A stretch of 64,000 bases of DNA from positions 1,600,001 to 1,664,000 of the forward strand of contig CP166615.1 of the NCBI GenBank assembly GCA_041937175.2. The letters are read 5' to 3'. Of this stretch, positions 7,437-16,904 are shown one piece after another (within the stretch, counting starts at the first letter, position 1; each line of letters opens with the position of its first letter). Source of the stretch: Limnothrix sp. BL-A-16 (GTDB lineage Bacteria > Cyanobacteriota > Cyanobacteriia > CACIAM-69d). The notes under the pieces are model-generated. The model did not search any database, was not told where the DNA came from, and saw only the letters and a program-made list of their open reading frames with translations. The position numbers and the translations under genes were made by a program.

Positions 7437-8313
7437 TGCGTGCTGAACTATTCATTATTTACTTTAGGTTCTGAAGGTTTTGGTTCTCGCAACTTATTCT
7501 TAACTTGATTGTTAGAATTATTTAGAAAATCAGATTCTATACCAGCAGAACTCCTTTCAATCAGGTTTGTAATAAGCTTATCCATAAGTTGTAGGTTTTT
7601 CTCTGGATCTTTAACTTGCTTACAAAGCTCAACAGCTAGCATTGTGTCTTGAATTCTAGTCAGTTGCTTATAGAATCGATTAGATTGCTCAACTGTCCGG
7701 TTATAAAGAACAAAGTTAGCACCTCCTATGAATTGAAGAATTATTCCAGAAATGCCAGATATAATCGACAACTCAAGCTTTTGTCCTTCTTTAATAAAAG
7801 GTAGCAATATTGCTATAACTACAGTAATAAATCCTAAAAATATGACTAATGCGCTGAAGCTAAAGCTACGTCTTGCTTGATTTTTGTTAATTGTATAGTA
7901 CTCGGTAATCTGATTTAAATTTAACCTTATAACATCTACAACACTATCTTCTCTTTCAATTCTTTCAATAATCTTTTCTCTTTCTTGCTTTATTGCTTTT
8001 ACTTCGATTGTTTCTGAGATTGCTGATTTGGATAAACTAAAAGGATTATTGGACAGGAGAAAAAACACAACAATTACAGTAAGAGGCAGTGTAGGAATAC
8101 CCAGGAAATTCCCAACCCACGCGACTAGAGCCGCCGTTATGAAATTAGCGGGGATCTCAGTCATCATTACTTGTGTCCATGCTTCTTTAAAGCTACTGGC
8201 TCTTTTTCTCATAATGAATTTCCGTAGGCGTTGTATTTGGGAAAAGTTGCTAATACCTTAGCAAAAGAGCATAGCTTTTGATACTCCCCCAACCAATAAC
8301 TCAGCAGCACAAC
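7357..8313 (-). mobile_element. integron-like gene cassette 1
   Basis: gcagcacaac (8304-8313) and gttgtgctgc (7430-7439) are a perfect 10-bp inverted pair; full attC follows the ORF. Confidence 0.85.
7448..8212 (-). CDS. membrane protein with a TRADD-N-associated 2-TM-like domain
   Basis: EYYTINKNQARRSF + TM + ISGII.QFIGG.NF.LY pattern; additional N-terminal TM segments. Confidence 0.6.
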   Translation of the reverse strand: MRKRASSFKEAWTQVMMTEIPANFITAALVAWVGNFLGIPTLPLTVIVVFFLLSNNPFSLSKSAISETIEVKAIKQEREKIIERIEREDSVVDVIRLNLNQITEYYTINKNQARRSFSFSALVIFLGFITVVIAILLPFIKEGQKLELSIISGISGIILQFIGGANFVLYNRTVEQSNRFYKQLTRIQDTMLAVELCKQVKDPEKNLQLMDKLITNLIERSSAGIESDFLNNSNNQVKNKLREPKPSEPKVNNE

Positions 8314-8472
8314 TATGTATTAGACCGCAAGTGCAGGATAACTCCTTCAGCAGAGTGTTATCAAGCAGCTACAGTCTAACTCCAGTCCAAAGGGTACTAC
8401 CCCGCAGTTGCAGGATAATACCCCCACCTATAGAACTTCTACCGCAACGATCGCCCTGGAATCGTCACAGCC
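8307..8472 (-). other. attI-like spacer between the phosphoketolase stop and the first cassette (copy A)
   Basis: Ends in a GTT core; internal palindrome at 8392-8423; homologous to 1696-1861 and 1176-1310. Confidence 0.6.
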
Positions 8473-10686
8473 CTAACCCAACAGCGCGATCGCCCGTTTC
8501 ACCAGGTTCTCCGCCGTCAGACCGTTCAGGCCCATCAGTTGGCCAGCGGTCGCCGTCGTTTCGCCGCGCTTCCAGGCAAACACATCGCGCGGAGCCGTGC
8601 TGCGCAGGACGATCGGCTCCAGCATCGCACTCGTACCGCCGGTCACACCCAACAATGCATCACCACCAAAGAGCCGATCGAACGTCGCATCATCAATAAA
8701 GTGAGCATCCGGCTCCGAGCACATCTCCACCGCCACATCGGTCGATCGGTAGAGGCGACGGGGGCTAATCACCGACACGATCCGCGAACCGATCCCCTGG
8801 GCCGCCAACTGTTCGGCGGCCGCCAGCGCCGGGGTCAAGGTCATGTCACCAATCACCGCCAAGACCACGGTTTTTTCGCCGGGCGTTTCTTGCAACACAA
8901 AGCCGCCGTCCTGCAAGGCTTGGCGCGTTTGCTCAAAGGTCGAGACGATCGGCAGCGGCGACTTGCTGACCGTAATCGTGATCCCCTTGTTCACTTGCGC
9001 CAGCGCCCAGTCATAGCAAGCCTGGGTGCTGTTCGCATCGCAGGGGAACAGCGGGAAGATGTTGCCGTTGCGCATCATCGCCGCGAAGTAGTTTTCGATT
9101 TCCGGGCGTTGGTGCGTCCAGCCGTTGCGGCCCTGCTCCAGCGCACCCGCCGTGAACAGGCAGACCGTGGCGGGCGTGGGGCGGCGCAACTCGGCCATGG
9201 CTTGGGTGACGGTTTGCCAAATCGGCAGACCGTTGATCGCGAACGACTCGTAGGAACACCAGAGCGATCGCGCCCCAAACAGGGCTTGCCCCACCGCCAA
9301 CCCGGCGCAGGCATCCTCGTTCAGGGGTTCATACACCTGACCATCGGGCTGTTGGAAATAGATGGGGTCGGTGGTCGGGTGAACGATTTTCAGGCCCACA
9401 TTGATGTTGTTGATCCCCGAGGCGGCGTTGCCGTCGGCGTTGGTGACGATGAAGTCGCGATCGGCTTGACCCACTTGCACCACCACATCGCCCATGGCCG
9501 TGGTCGAAACCTTCTTTTCGCCGGCCGGGAATTCCACCAGGTTCAGCTTGCCCAAATCCGCTAGGGGCCGCACCTTTTCGGTCACGGCCACCTGAGCCGC
9601 CGGGCCACCGCCCGATCGCTCAAAGTTCGTCCGCACCAGTTGCCAAGCCTCCGGCGACAGGGCCCGCTCCTTCAGGGCCGCCACAATGTAGTCCCGCTCC
9701 AGGTTGTCGCCGGGATAGAGGTTGTGGGACTGAGCACCGCGCTTGTGTACGCCCGCGCCCTTCAGTTGCTTGATGATCAACACCGTCAGCTTGCCGCCCA
9801 AGGCCAGTTTCGCCGCCTGGTCGGTGGCTTCCAGCACTGCCTGGGCAAACACCAATCGCTGGGCAAAGGAAAACTGGGTGCTATCGACGTAATCGCCCGG
9901 TTGGTTGGCATCGTCGAAGTCCTTGGCATCCAGCAGCACCACTTCTTCAAAGCCATTGCCGCGCCAGTAGGCTTCCATGGCGGCGTTGGATTTGGTGGAG
10001 ACCATGCTGTGGTGCTCTTGGCTGTAGCCGTTCCAAATCAGAATCGGCAGGAAGTTGGTGGCCTGCGGATAGGCGGTGTTGAAGTGGCCAAAGCTGCTCA
10101 TGATGTAGGGTTCGCCCAGGCCGCCATCCCCGATCGTCACGGGGAAGAGGGTTCCGGGGAACAGCTTGGCCCCGGCCATGGCAAAGTGCTGACCCTGGCC
10201 GAGGGGGCCGGCGGGGGCCAGCAGGCCGGGAATTTGCCCCGACAGGTGGCCGAGCAGGCCGTGGGTTTCGCGGAATCGATCGCGCAATTGCTGCACCGTC
10301 GTGATGCCCATGGCTTCGAGCGATCGATCCAAGAACACCTGGGAATAGAAACCGGGGGCGTGGTGGCCCACTTCGGTGGTGAAGTTCTTGTAACCGAGCA
10401 TGATCAGCGCCGCCATCACATCGGCAGAGCTGGCATAGCCGCCGGGGTGGCCCGATTCCTTGCTGGCGGTCATCTGCACGATCAGGTAACGCAGGGCATC
10501 GGCCGCCAGGAGAGTTTGGAAGGCCGCCGCTCGATCGCTCGGGCTGGCGATCGCCCCTGTGGTCGCATCCACGGCTGGCGCAGCACCCAGGATGTCAAAT
10601 TCGGGCCAAGGCGCACCGAAGTATTGAATGCCGTCGCAAAACGCAGGCGTGGTCGTGGGTGCGGGGGTTGTGGCGGTCATGGGCAA
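8473..10686 (-). CDS. xfp: phosphoketolase/transketolase-family ThDP enzyme
   Basis: SGHPGG, GDGG...N ThDP motif, NGWTHQRP. Confidence 0.85.
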   Translation of the reverse strand: MPMTATTPAPTTTPAFCDGIQYFGAPWPEFDILGAAPAVDATTGAIASPSDRAAAFQTLLAADALRYLIVQMTASKESGHPGGYASSADVMAALIMLGYKNFTTEVGHHAPGFYSQVFLDRSLEAMGITTVQQLRDRFRETHGLLGHLSGQIPGLLAPAGPLGQGQHFAMAGAKLFPGTLFPVTIGDGGLGEPYIMSSFGHFNTAYPQATNFLPILIWNGYSQEHHSMVSTKSNAAMEAYWRGNGFEEVVLLDAKDFDDANQPGDYVDSTQFSFAQRLVFAQAVLEATDQAAKLALGGKLTVLIIKQLKGAGVHKRGAQSHNLYPGDNLERDYIVAALKERALSPEAWQLVRTNFERSGGGPAAQVAVTEKVRPLADLGKLNLVEFPAGEKKVSTTAMGDVVVQVGQADRDFIVTNADGNAASGINNINVGLKIVHPTTDPIYFQQPDGQVYEPLNEDACAGLAVGQALFGARSLWCSYESFAINGLPIWQTVTQAMAELRRPTPATVCLFTAGALEQGRNGWTHQRPEIENYFAAMMRNGNIFPLFPCDANSTQACYDWALAQVNKGITITVSKSPLPIVSTFEQTRQALQDGGFVLQETPGEKTVVLAVIGDMTLTPALAAAEQLAAQGIGSRIVSVISPRRLYRSTDVAVEMCSEPDAHFIDDATFDRLFGGDALLGVTGGTSAMLEPIVLRSTAPRDVFAWKRGETTATAGQLMGLNGLTAENLVKRAIALLG

Positions 10687-10962
10687 TTCACCTAGTGGTT
10701 CGACTCTCTCGACTGTAAGGCCAGTCTTGAGGCGATATTTTACAACCTTGATGTTGCTAAAGTCTCAGGACGATCAACTCAGGACGATCGAAACCGGCCC
10801 CTTAACGACCCGTTGTACTGGGGGCTGGACGATCAGCAGGCGATCGATTGTGGCAGTCTCTCGCTAAATTTGCCGCCCTAGTCCAGACCCAAAACGCCAC
10901 GCCCTAACCCATCAACCCTGTTGATAGACTGGGGGCAATTCCCCGATCGAAACTGGTCGCCT

Positions 10963-11508
10963 ATGTTGACCCTGGCGCAATGGACCGTGGCGGAATATCA
11001 CCAAATGATCGCGGCGGGCCTGCTGGTCGATCGCCGCGTGGAACTGTTGAACGGGCAAATTATTGAAATGTCACCGGAAGGGCCGGAGCATACCTATCGC
11101 GGCGAAACCCTGGCGGAGTGGCTGCGCGATCGCCTGCGGGGGCGAGCCTATGTGCGGGAAGCGCGACCGATTACCCTAGACCATTCGGAACCGGAGCCAG
11201 ATATTGCCGTGGTGCGGGGCGATCGATCCCAATTTGTCCAACGACATCCCGGCGCGGCGGATCTGTTTTGGGTGGTGGAAATTGCCCGATCGACCCTAGC
11301 CACAGACCTGACCCACAAGCGGGATCTCTACGCGCGGGTGGGAATTCCGGAATATTGGGTGGTGGATTTGGTGAATCGGCGGGTGGTGGTGTTTCGGCAA
11401 CCGGAAGCGGGCCGCTACAGCCAAGCGGAAACGGTGAGCGATCGCCCGATCGCGCCGCTGGCTTTCCCGGACTGTGCGATCGACCTGACCCAGCTCTTTC
11501 AACCGTAG
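10963..11508 (+). CDS. Uma2-family (DUF820) endonuclease-like protein
   Basis: RVELLNGQIIEMSP, PEPD, K..LYA..GIPEYWVVD. Confidence 0.92.
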   Translation: MLTLAQWTVAEYHQMIAAGLLVDRRVELLNGQIIEMSPEGPEHTYRGETLAEWLRDRLRGRAYVREARPITLDHSEPEPDIAVVRGDRSQFVQRHPGAADLFWVVEIARSTLATDLTHKRDLYARVGIPEYWVVDLVNRRVVVFRQPEAGRYSQAETVSDRPIAPLAFPDCAIDLTQLFQP

Positions 11509-11540
11509 AGTCTGCCGCGTGACGACGCGACAACGCAATT

Positions 11541-12086
11541 ATGTTGACCCTGGCGCAATGGACTGTGGCGGAATATCACCAAATGATTGCGGCGGGCCTG
11601 TTGGTCGATCGCCGCGTGGAACTGTTGAACGGGCAAATTATTGAAATGTCACCGGAAGGGCCAGAACACCGCTACCAATGCAGCAGTTTGGGCGATCGGC
11701 TGCGGGTGCTGTTGCGCGATCAGGCTTGGATTAGTGAGGCACACCCGATTACGCTGGATGACTCGGAACCGGAGCCGGATTTGGCCATTGTTCGGTTGCC
11801 TCGATCGGCCTTTCGCGATCGCCACCCGGGGCCAGCGGATCTGTTTTGGGTGATTGAAATTGCTCGATCGACCCTCACCACAGACCTGACCCACAAGCGG
11901 GATCTCTACGCGCGGGTGGGAATTCCGGAATATTGGGTGGTGGATTTGGTGAACCGGCGGGTGGTGGTGTTTCGGCAACCGGAAGCGGGCCGCTACAGCC
12001 AAGCGGAAACGGTGAGCGATCGCCCGATCGCGCCGCTGGCCTTCCCGGACTGTGCGATCGACCTGGCCCAGCTCTTTCAACCGTAG
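11541..12086 (+). CDS. Uma2-family endonuclease-like protein (tandem paralog)
   Basis: Same motifs and same length as the upstream copy. Confidence 0.92.
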   Translation: MLTLAQWTVAEYHQMIAAGLLVDRRVELLNGQIIEMSPEGPEHRYQCSSLGDRLRVLLRDQAWISEAHPITLDDSEPEPDLAIVRLPRSAFRDRHPGPADLFWVIEIARSTLTTDLTHKRDLYARVGIPEYWVVDLVNRRVVVFRQPEAGRYSQAETVSDRPIAPLAFPDCAIDLAQLFQP

Positions 12087-12107
12087 GAAAATCGGGAGTT
12101 TCCTGCG

Positions 12108-13688
12108 CTATGGGCCGGTGCGAAACGAGGGCAAGGCTTCAAATTGGGCAAACTCAGACTCCAGTTTCCACTGCACCCGGGCGCGATCGCTCTGGGCCAA
12201 AAAGCCCTGACACCCGGCCGAAATGGCGGCAACGTTGGGCGAATCTTGGGCACAAGCGGCAGTCACTGCGTCAAAATTTGACGAATTCCAAAGACTAGCT
12301 CCCGAGAGGAAACTATATTCCAAACTATTGCGCGCCAACCGTTTGAGATCGGCATAGCTCAACTGATAGCGCAGGATTGCCAATCCATACTCGTTGCTCA
12401 AATCAATGCGAGCAATGCCCTCATCATCGGAAGCCAACGTCATGGGCACACCGGCCGCGAGATATTCGCGGAAGGGATGTTGGTTGCCAGCCACATTCAA
12501 AATCACCTCATTGCTGGTGAGGCAAATTTCGACTAACACCCCTCGTTTGCGCATTTCTGCCATCAGTTGAAAGGGGTTGTTTTCATAGAGAATGCTCACC
12601 CCATGGCCAATGCGACTGGCCTGAGCCACTTCCACCGCTTGCCGAATATGAAAACGCAGATCATTGGGTGGCACTAAGCCCAGGGTTAGTTCCCCCGCAT
12701 GAAGGGAAATTTTGACTTCCGGAAACTGCGTTTTTAGAAATTGCAACATCTGCATTTGTTGCTGGTAGTCGCGCAGGGCCACCGGGTTATCTTCTGGGGC
12801 AACTAAGTTGATACCCACAACGCGGGAGTTCGCTTTGGCCAACTCAAAGGCATAGACAAATTGGGCAAACACTTCCTCAGGTGCTTTGGTGCGTGTGGTT
12901 TGTTGCAAATAGCGCACCGTCACTTCACAGCCCGGTTGGGCCATGGGCGTATCGCAGCGTAAAGTGCTGGCGACCTGGCGTTCAAGATTCGCCACCTCTT
13001 GGCTGCCTCGGGTGACCAGCTCCATTAGGCCGCGATCGAGCAACGCGCGCCGCATCTGGGCAAAGTCGCCACTCCAGCCCACGGCCCGCCCCAGTTGACG
13101 CACTTCAGCGCCTTGAACGGTCATCAACAGCTCTAAATAGAAAATATGCTGATCAGCGGCGCGATTGGCCACTTCGGCCACCATGTCGTCCTGGCGCGAC
13201 GGAGTAGAAGAAATCTCCGAAAAGCCGCCAAACGCCTGGAAAAATTGGTCATGGCCCGATCGATTGGCAAAGGGCAGATTGCGGGTTGACCACAAATTAA
13301 TCAGGGCATCGTAGGTGTCAGGACGATTGGGCAACTGCGAAGCGGGAAAATAGCGGCTGTTTTGGCCACAGGCACTCGGTTGAATCAGGGTCAGGGCCTG
13401 GGGATCAATGCAGTAGCCATCGGCGGCGGCCCACTCCAGATAACGCTCCGCATAAACGGCCCCGCTCAGGTGCGTATGAATGTCGCCCCCTTTCGGCATT
13501 CGCTGCACAAAGGCCCGAATCGCAGGAGGACTGGCGCGGTGCTGCTCCAACCATTGGCTCACTTGGGCTTCGGCATCACGGCGCGATCGCGGGTTTACGG
13601 GAGCTTCTTGGGCGGCAACGCTGGAAACAACCAGGCCAGAGCCAAGCAACAGTCCCCATAAAACAGCGAAGGAGGAAAGTTTGGGCAT
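12108..13688 (-). CDS. secreted adenosine deaminase family protein
   Basis: Signal peptide, MPKGGDIHTH, LHAGE, RIGHG, SDD. Confidence 0.88.
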   Translation of the reverse strand: MPKLSSFAVLWGLLLGSGLVVSSVAAQEAPVNPRSRRDAEAQVSQWLEQHRASPPAIRAFVQRMPKGGDIHTHLSGAVYAERYLEWAAADGYCIDPQALTLIQPSACGQNSRYFPASQLPNRPDTYDALINLWSTRNLPFANRSGHDQFFQAFGGFSEISSTPSRQDDMVAEVANRAADQHIFYLELLMTVQGAEVRQLGRAVGWSGDFAQMRRALLDRGLMELVTRGSQEVANLERQVASTLRCDTPMAQPGCEVTVRYLQQTTRTKAPEEVFAQFVYAFELAKANSRVVGINLVAPEDNPVALRDYQQQMQMLQFLKTQFPEVKISLHAGELTLGLVPPNDLRFHIRQAVEVAQASRIGHGVSILYENNPFQLMAEMRKRGVLVEICLTSNEVILNVAGNQHPFREYLAAGVPMTLASDDEGIARIDLSNEYGLAILRYQLSYADLKRLARNSLEYSFLSGASLWNSSNFDAVTAACAQDSPNVAAISAGCQGFLAQSDRARVQWKLESEFAQFEALPSFRTGP

Positions 13689-13870
13689 GGAAAACCGGGG
13701 GGCGGTGGGAGAATTGTGGTGAACTGTACCGCTAATTTTTGCTCAATCATTCAACCGGATTCAGATTCTAAATAAATTTAAATTTTTGTTTTCAATATCC
13801 ATCTGAAAATCAACCAAGATTTGCAATATCTTTCTGGAAATTATTCATTATTTACATCGTTTATCTCGCC

Positions 13871-13949
13871 AACAAGGGGCTTAAGCCCCTTGTTCCACGT
13901 GATTTCATGGCGGCAATCTCAAGATTTTGGGTGATTTGATTAATAGCCT
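13871..13949. repeat. REP-like palindrome plus degenerate right half of MITE-A
   Basis: aacaaggggcttaagccccttgtt followed by sequence similar to 39752-39829. Confidence 0.75.
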
Positions 13950-13979
13950 GAAGCCCTTTTTTGTTGATTAATGGAGTGA

Positions 13980-14096
13980 TACAGCCCTTACCTCGCTTAA
14001 TAAGTACAGCAGACTGTAGGGTGAGCAATGCCCACCGACTAACAGCTTCGTATCATCTGCGATCTGACGTACCAATCGTTTGAGGTAAAGGCTGTA
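13980..14096. mobile_element. small MITE-like element (TIR tacagccyttacctc) containing a GTAG-type REP
   Basis: tacagcccttacctc / gaggtaaaggctgta; internal gtagggtgagcaatgcccacc. Confidence 0.55.
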
Positions 14097-14138
14097 AGCA
14101 GATCGGTATTTGGCATGATTTGGCTTTTTAAACATCCT

Positions 14139-16337
14139 CTAGGGGCTGTTTTTGGGTTTGGAATCAGCTTGAAACGGTTGCAAAATTGCTTGGGTTTCCG
14201 GATTGTAGAGCCGTAGATAATTCCAATAATTGCCCAACACGTTTTCCACGTAACCGCGCGTTTCCGAAAAGGGAATTTGCTCCACAAATCGATCGAGATC
14301 TGCCGTGCCAAATTGCTTCACCCAGCGGTTTACATTCCCCGGCCCAGCGTTGTAGGCGGCCACGGCTAGCAAACTGTTGTTGTCATATTCCCGGTGTGTG
14401 TAGTCCAAAAACCAAGTGCCAAGTTTGATGTTGTCCGGGGGATTTTCCAGGCTGTAATCCTTGAAGCCGATTTTGTTGGCCACCCATTCGCCCGTGGAAG
14501 GCAACACCTGCATTAAGCCCACGGCATTGGCGATCGAGCGGATATCACGTTCAAAGTGGGACTCTTGGCGAATTAGCCCCAACACGAGGGCCGGATTCAG
14601 GTTTTGGGCCCGGGCCCCGGCGGCGATCGGATCCCAATAGGGACGGGGATAGAGCCGCCGCCAATAGTTCAAGTCTCGGCGGGCGGCCGCAAACTGTTCC
14701 CGATCGCCCGGTTCCTCGCGCCACCGCAAATTAGCCAGGGCAAAAAGACCGGCTAAATAATCGCCATTGCCCAGTCGCAACGTGCCGTCTGTGTATTGCT
14801 CTGCAAAGGTGGGCTGGTTGCGGTTTTGGAATTCCGTTTGCCAATAGTCAAAGGCGGCGCGGTCTTGCTCCAGTTGATAGAGCGCTTGCAGGGTAGGCGA
14901 TCCGGCGGGTAGGGGGGCGCGCGGGGGCGGCGGTTGCAGGGTGGGTTGCCCCGATCGAATGGTGGTGAAATCTCCGACCGGTAACCCCAACTTCACGGCC
15001 GATCGCCAGGCGTAGTAAGACTCGGGATACTGTTGCAGGGTGTGGCGGTAGGCCGCTTGGGCGGCGGCTTGGTCTCCCAACTGGGCGGCCCATTGTCCGG
15101 CCCAAAAGCTGGCCCGGGGGGCATCTTCATGCTCAGGGTTCTGTTGCACCAGGGCGATCGCCCATTGGCGGGCCGCTTGGGGGCTGGTGGCGGCAGCTTC
15201 CTCGGCCAGTTGCCAGCGCAAATCGCCGGCCGCGTCGCTGTTGCTGAAGGTTTTGAAGAGTCGATCGCGATCGGCCGTGGCGGGCTGTTGCTGATTTTTC
15301 AGGATCCGCACTCGCTCCAACAGGGCCCGAGGGGCATGGGTGGGGTTGGCTAGGGCGCGATCGAGCAGGGCCAAGCCTTCGGCCGGCGGCACTAACCGGG
15401 CCAAACGGGTCATGCCAAAGGCCGCTTCCGGAGCTTGGGGAAATTGCTGAATCAGCCGACGATAGCGGGCGATCGCCTCGGGCCGTTTGCCGCCCAGTTG
15501 GGCCCCCCGCCCGGCCCGATAGGCATGGAGGGGGCTGGGGGTGGCTTTGGCGTAGGCATCGCCGGCCTTGGCGTATTGACGACGATCCCAATAAATCCGC
15601 CCGATCGTGGCCCAATCGGCGGGGGTGATGGCGGTGGCGAACTGACTTTCTAGGGGCCCCAGATAGTTACCCACATCCCGCGCATCGGGGGCATGGCGCA
15701 ATAGATATAGGAACCAATCGGGGCGATCGGGCGTTTGGGCTAACCGTTGCTTGGCCACCGCGATCGCCCGGGGATGCGATTTCCAGGGGGAATCGGCCGC
15801 CACCAGGCGATCAAGCCATTTGGGATCCTGTTGACCCAATCCATAGAGCGCTTCCGCCGTGGCCGGATCCTGGGGAAATTGCTTCAGCAGGGCTTGCCAG
15901 GTTTGGCTGGCCCCCGCCCGATCGCCCCCTTGGAGTTGCGCCTTGGCCCGCAGGGCCAACACCGGAGCCAACAGCACCGGATCATCGGCCTTTTCCAGCC
16001 ACTTCAGGGCCGTTGCATGGTCTTTGACGCTCAGGGCCTCCGTGGCCAGCACATAGCGTGCGCCCGATCGAGTCAAAGGGGTGGCCGATTCCGCCAGTTC
16101 CGTCAGGGGAGGCACTTTGGGCGCTTTGGGATCCGTGGCCTCGGGATTTGGCGTTTCTTGGTGAATTCGGGCCGCGGCCACTTCGGTTAAACCCGTTGCG
16201 GGAGATTGGTTAGCCTGACGATTGGCCAACCAATCCCCCATGGGCGACAGGGCCGCACCGACCCCCAAGGCCACGGCTCCCGCAGCGCCCAAACCCACCA
16301 CCCAAGGGCGATCGCGCCACAGGTGACGTAAACCCAT
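14139..16337 (-). CDS. slt: soluble lytic murein transglycosylase with TPRs
   Basis: IRQES, GLMQV, AYNAG, ETRGYV motifs; start uncertain (alternative 16376). Confidence 0.9.
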   Translation of the reverse strand: MGLRHLWRDRPWVVGLGAAGAVALGVGAALSPMGDWLANRQANQSPATGLTEVAAARIHQETPNPEATDPKAPKVPPLTELAESATPLTRSGARYVLATEALSVKDHATALKWLEKADDPVLLAPVLALRAKAQLQGGDRAGASQTWQALLKQFPQDPATAEALYGLGQQDPKWLDRLVAADSPWKSHPRAIAVAKQRLAQTPDRPDWFLYLLRHAPDARDVGNYLGPLESQFATAITPADWATIGRIYWDRRQYAKAGDAYAKATPSPLHAYRAGRGAQLGGKRPEAIARYRRLIQQFPQAPEAAFGMTRLARLVPPAEGLALLDRALANPTHAPRALLERVRILKNQQQPATADRDRLFKTFSNSDAAGDLRWQLAEEAAATSPQAARQWAIALVQQNPEHEDAPRASFWAGQWAAQLGDQAAAQAAYRHTLQQYPESYYAWRSAVKLGLPVGDFTTIRSGQPTLQPPPPRAPLPAGSPTLQALYQLEQDRAAFDYWQTEFQNRNQPTFAEQYTDGTLRLGNGDYLAGLFALANLRWREEPGDREQFAAARRDLNYWRRLYPRPYWDPIAAGARAQNLNPALVLGLIRQESHFERDIRSIANAVGLMQVLPSTGEWVANKIGFKDYSLENPPDNIKLGTWFLDYTHREYDNNSLLAVAAYNAGPGNVNRWVKQFGTADLDRFVEQIPFSETRGYVENVLGNYWNYLRLYNPETQAILQPFQADSKPKNSP

Positions 16338-16403
16338 TGTCCAAGTTGCAAACTTCACGGCCGGCCTCGATCGCAAGACACTCTAGCCATTGTGCCGCAG
16401 TCC

Positions 16404-16904
16404 CTAGGCCGATGTGGGTTGGGCCACCACCTCCGCCACCGACACCACCTCGGCCCCTTGGCAAGTCGGCAAGGGTTCAATCAAGGGTTGATTCAACAAC
16501 ACCATGGTGGTGCTTTGGTTTTCCTGGAAACCAATCCGCTCATAAAACGCCTGTTGATTGGTGGTCATTAAATAGACTCGCTCCACCCGGCAGAGTTGCG
16601 GGTGCGCCAAAACCGTTTGCACCAATTTGCGCCCAATGCCAGCCCCTTGATAGGTGGGATGAACCACCACATCCCAAATCGTGGCCCGATAGATGCCATC
16701 GGAGGTGGCCCGGGCAAACCCAATCAACCGATCGCCATCCCAAGCGCTAATGACCGGCAAACTGTTGGCCACGGCCAATTCCACGTCCTCTCGGCGGCGA
16801 TCGCGCGCCCAAAATGCCGTGTCCTGAAACAGTTGATGGAGTTGGTCAAAATCAATCTCTTCGGCGCGATCGCGAAACTGAATATGGCTGCAATCGAGAG
16901 GCAT
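16404..16904 (-). CDS. GNAT N-acetyltransferase (Ycf52-like)
   Basis: IGFARATSDGIYRATIWDVVV..YQG.GIG. Confidence 0.88.
   Translation of the reverse strand: MPLDCSHIQFRDRAEEIDFDQLHQLFQDTAFWARDRRREDVELAVANSLPVISAWDGDRLIGFARATSDGIYRATIWDVVVHPTYQGAGIGRKLVQTVLAHPQLCRVERVYLMTTNQQAFYERIGFQENQSTTMVLLNQPLIEPLPTCQGAEVVSVAEVVAQPTSA

Noticed and set aside
550..8700. Prophage or classical integrase-driven island at xfp
   Set aside because: No integrase or phage genes, and the duplicated target pieces have different breakpoints rather than one fixed att core.
8539..10695. Long + strand ORFs (341 and 351 aa); similar ones at 36849-38567 and 40705-41544
   Set aside because: Antisense shadows of GC-rich genes (xfp, phoX, glyA).
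10963..12086. Diversity-generating retroelement TR/VR pair
   Set aside because: Differences are not adenine-specific, both copies are full genes, and there is no reverse transcriptase.
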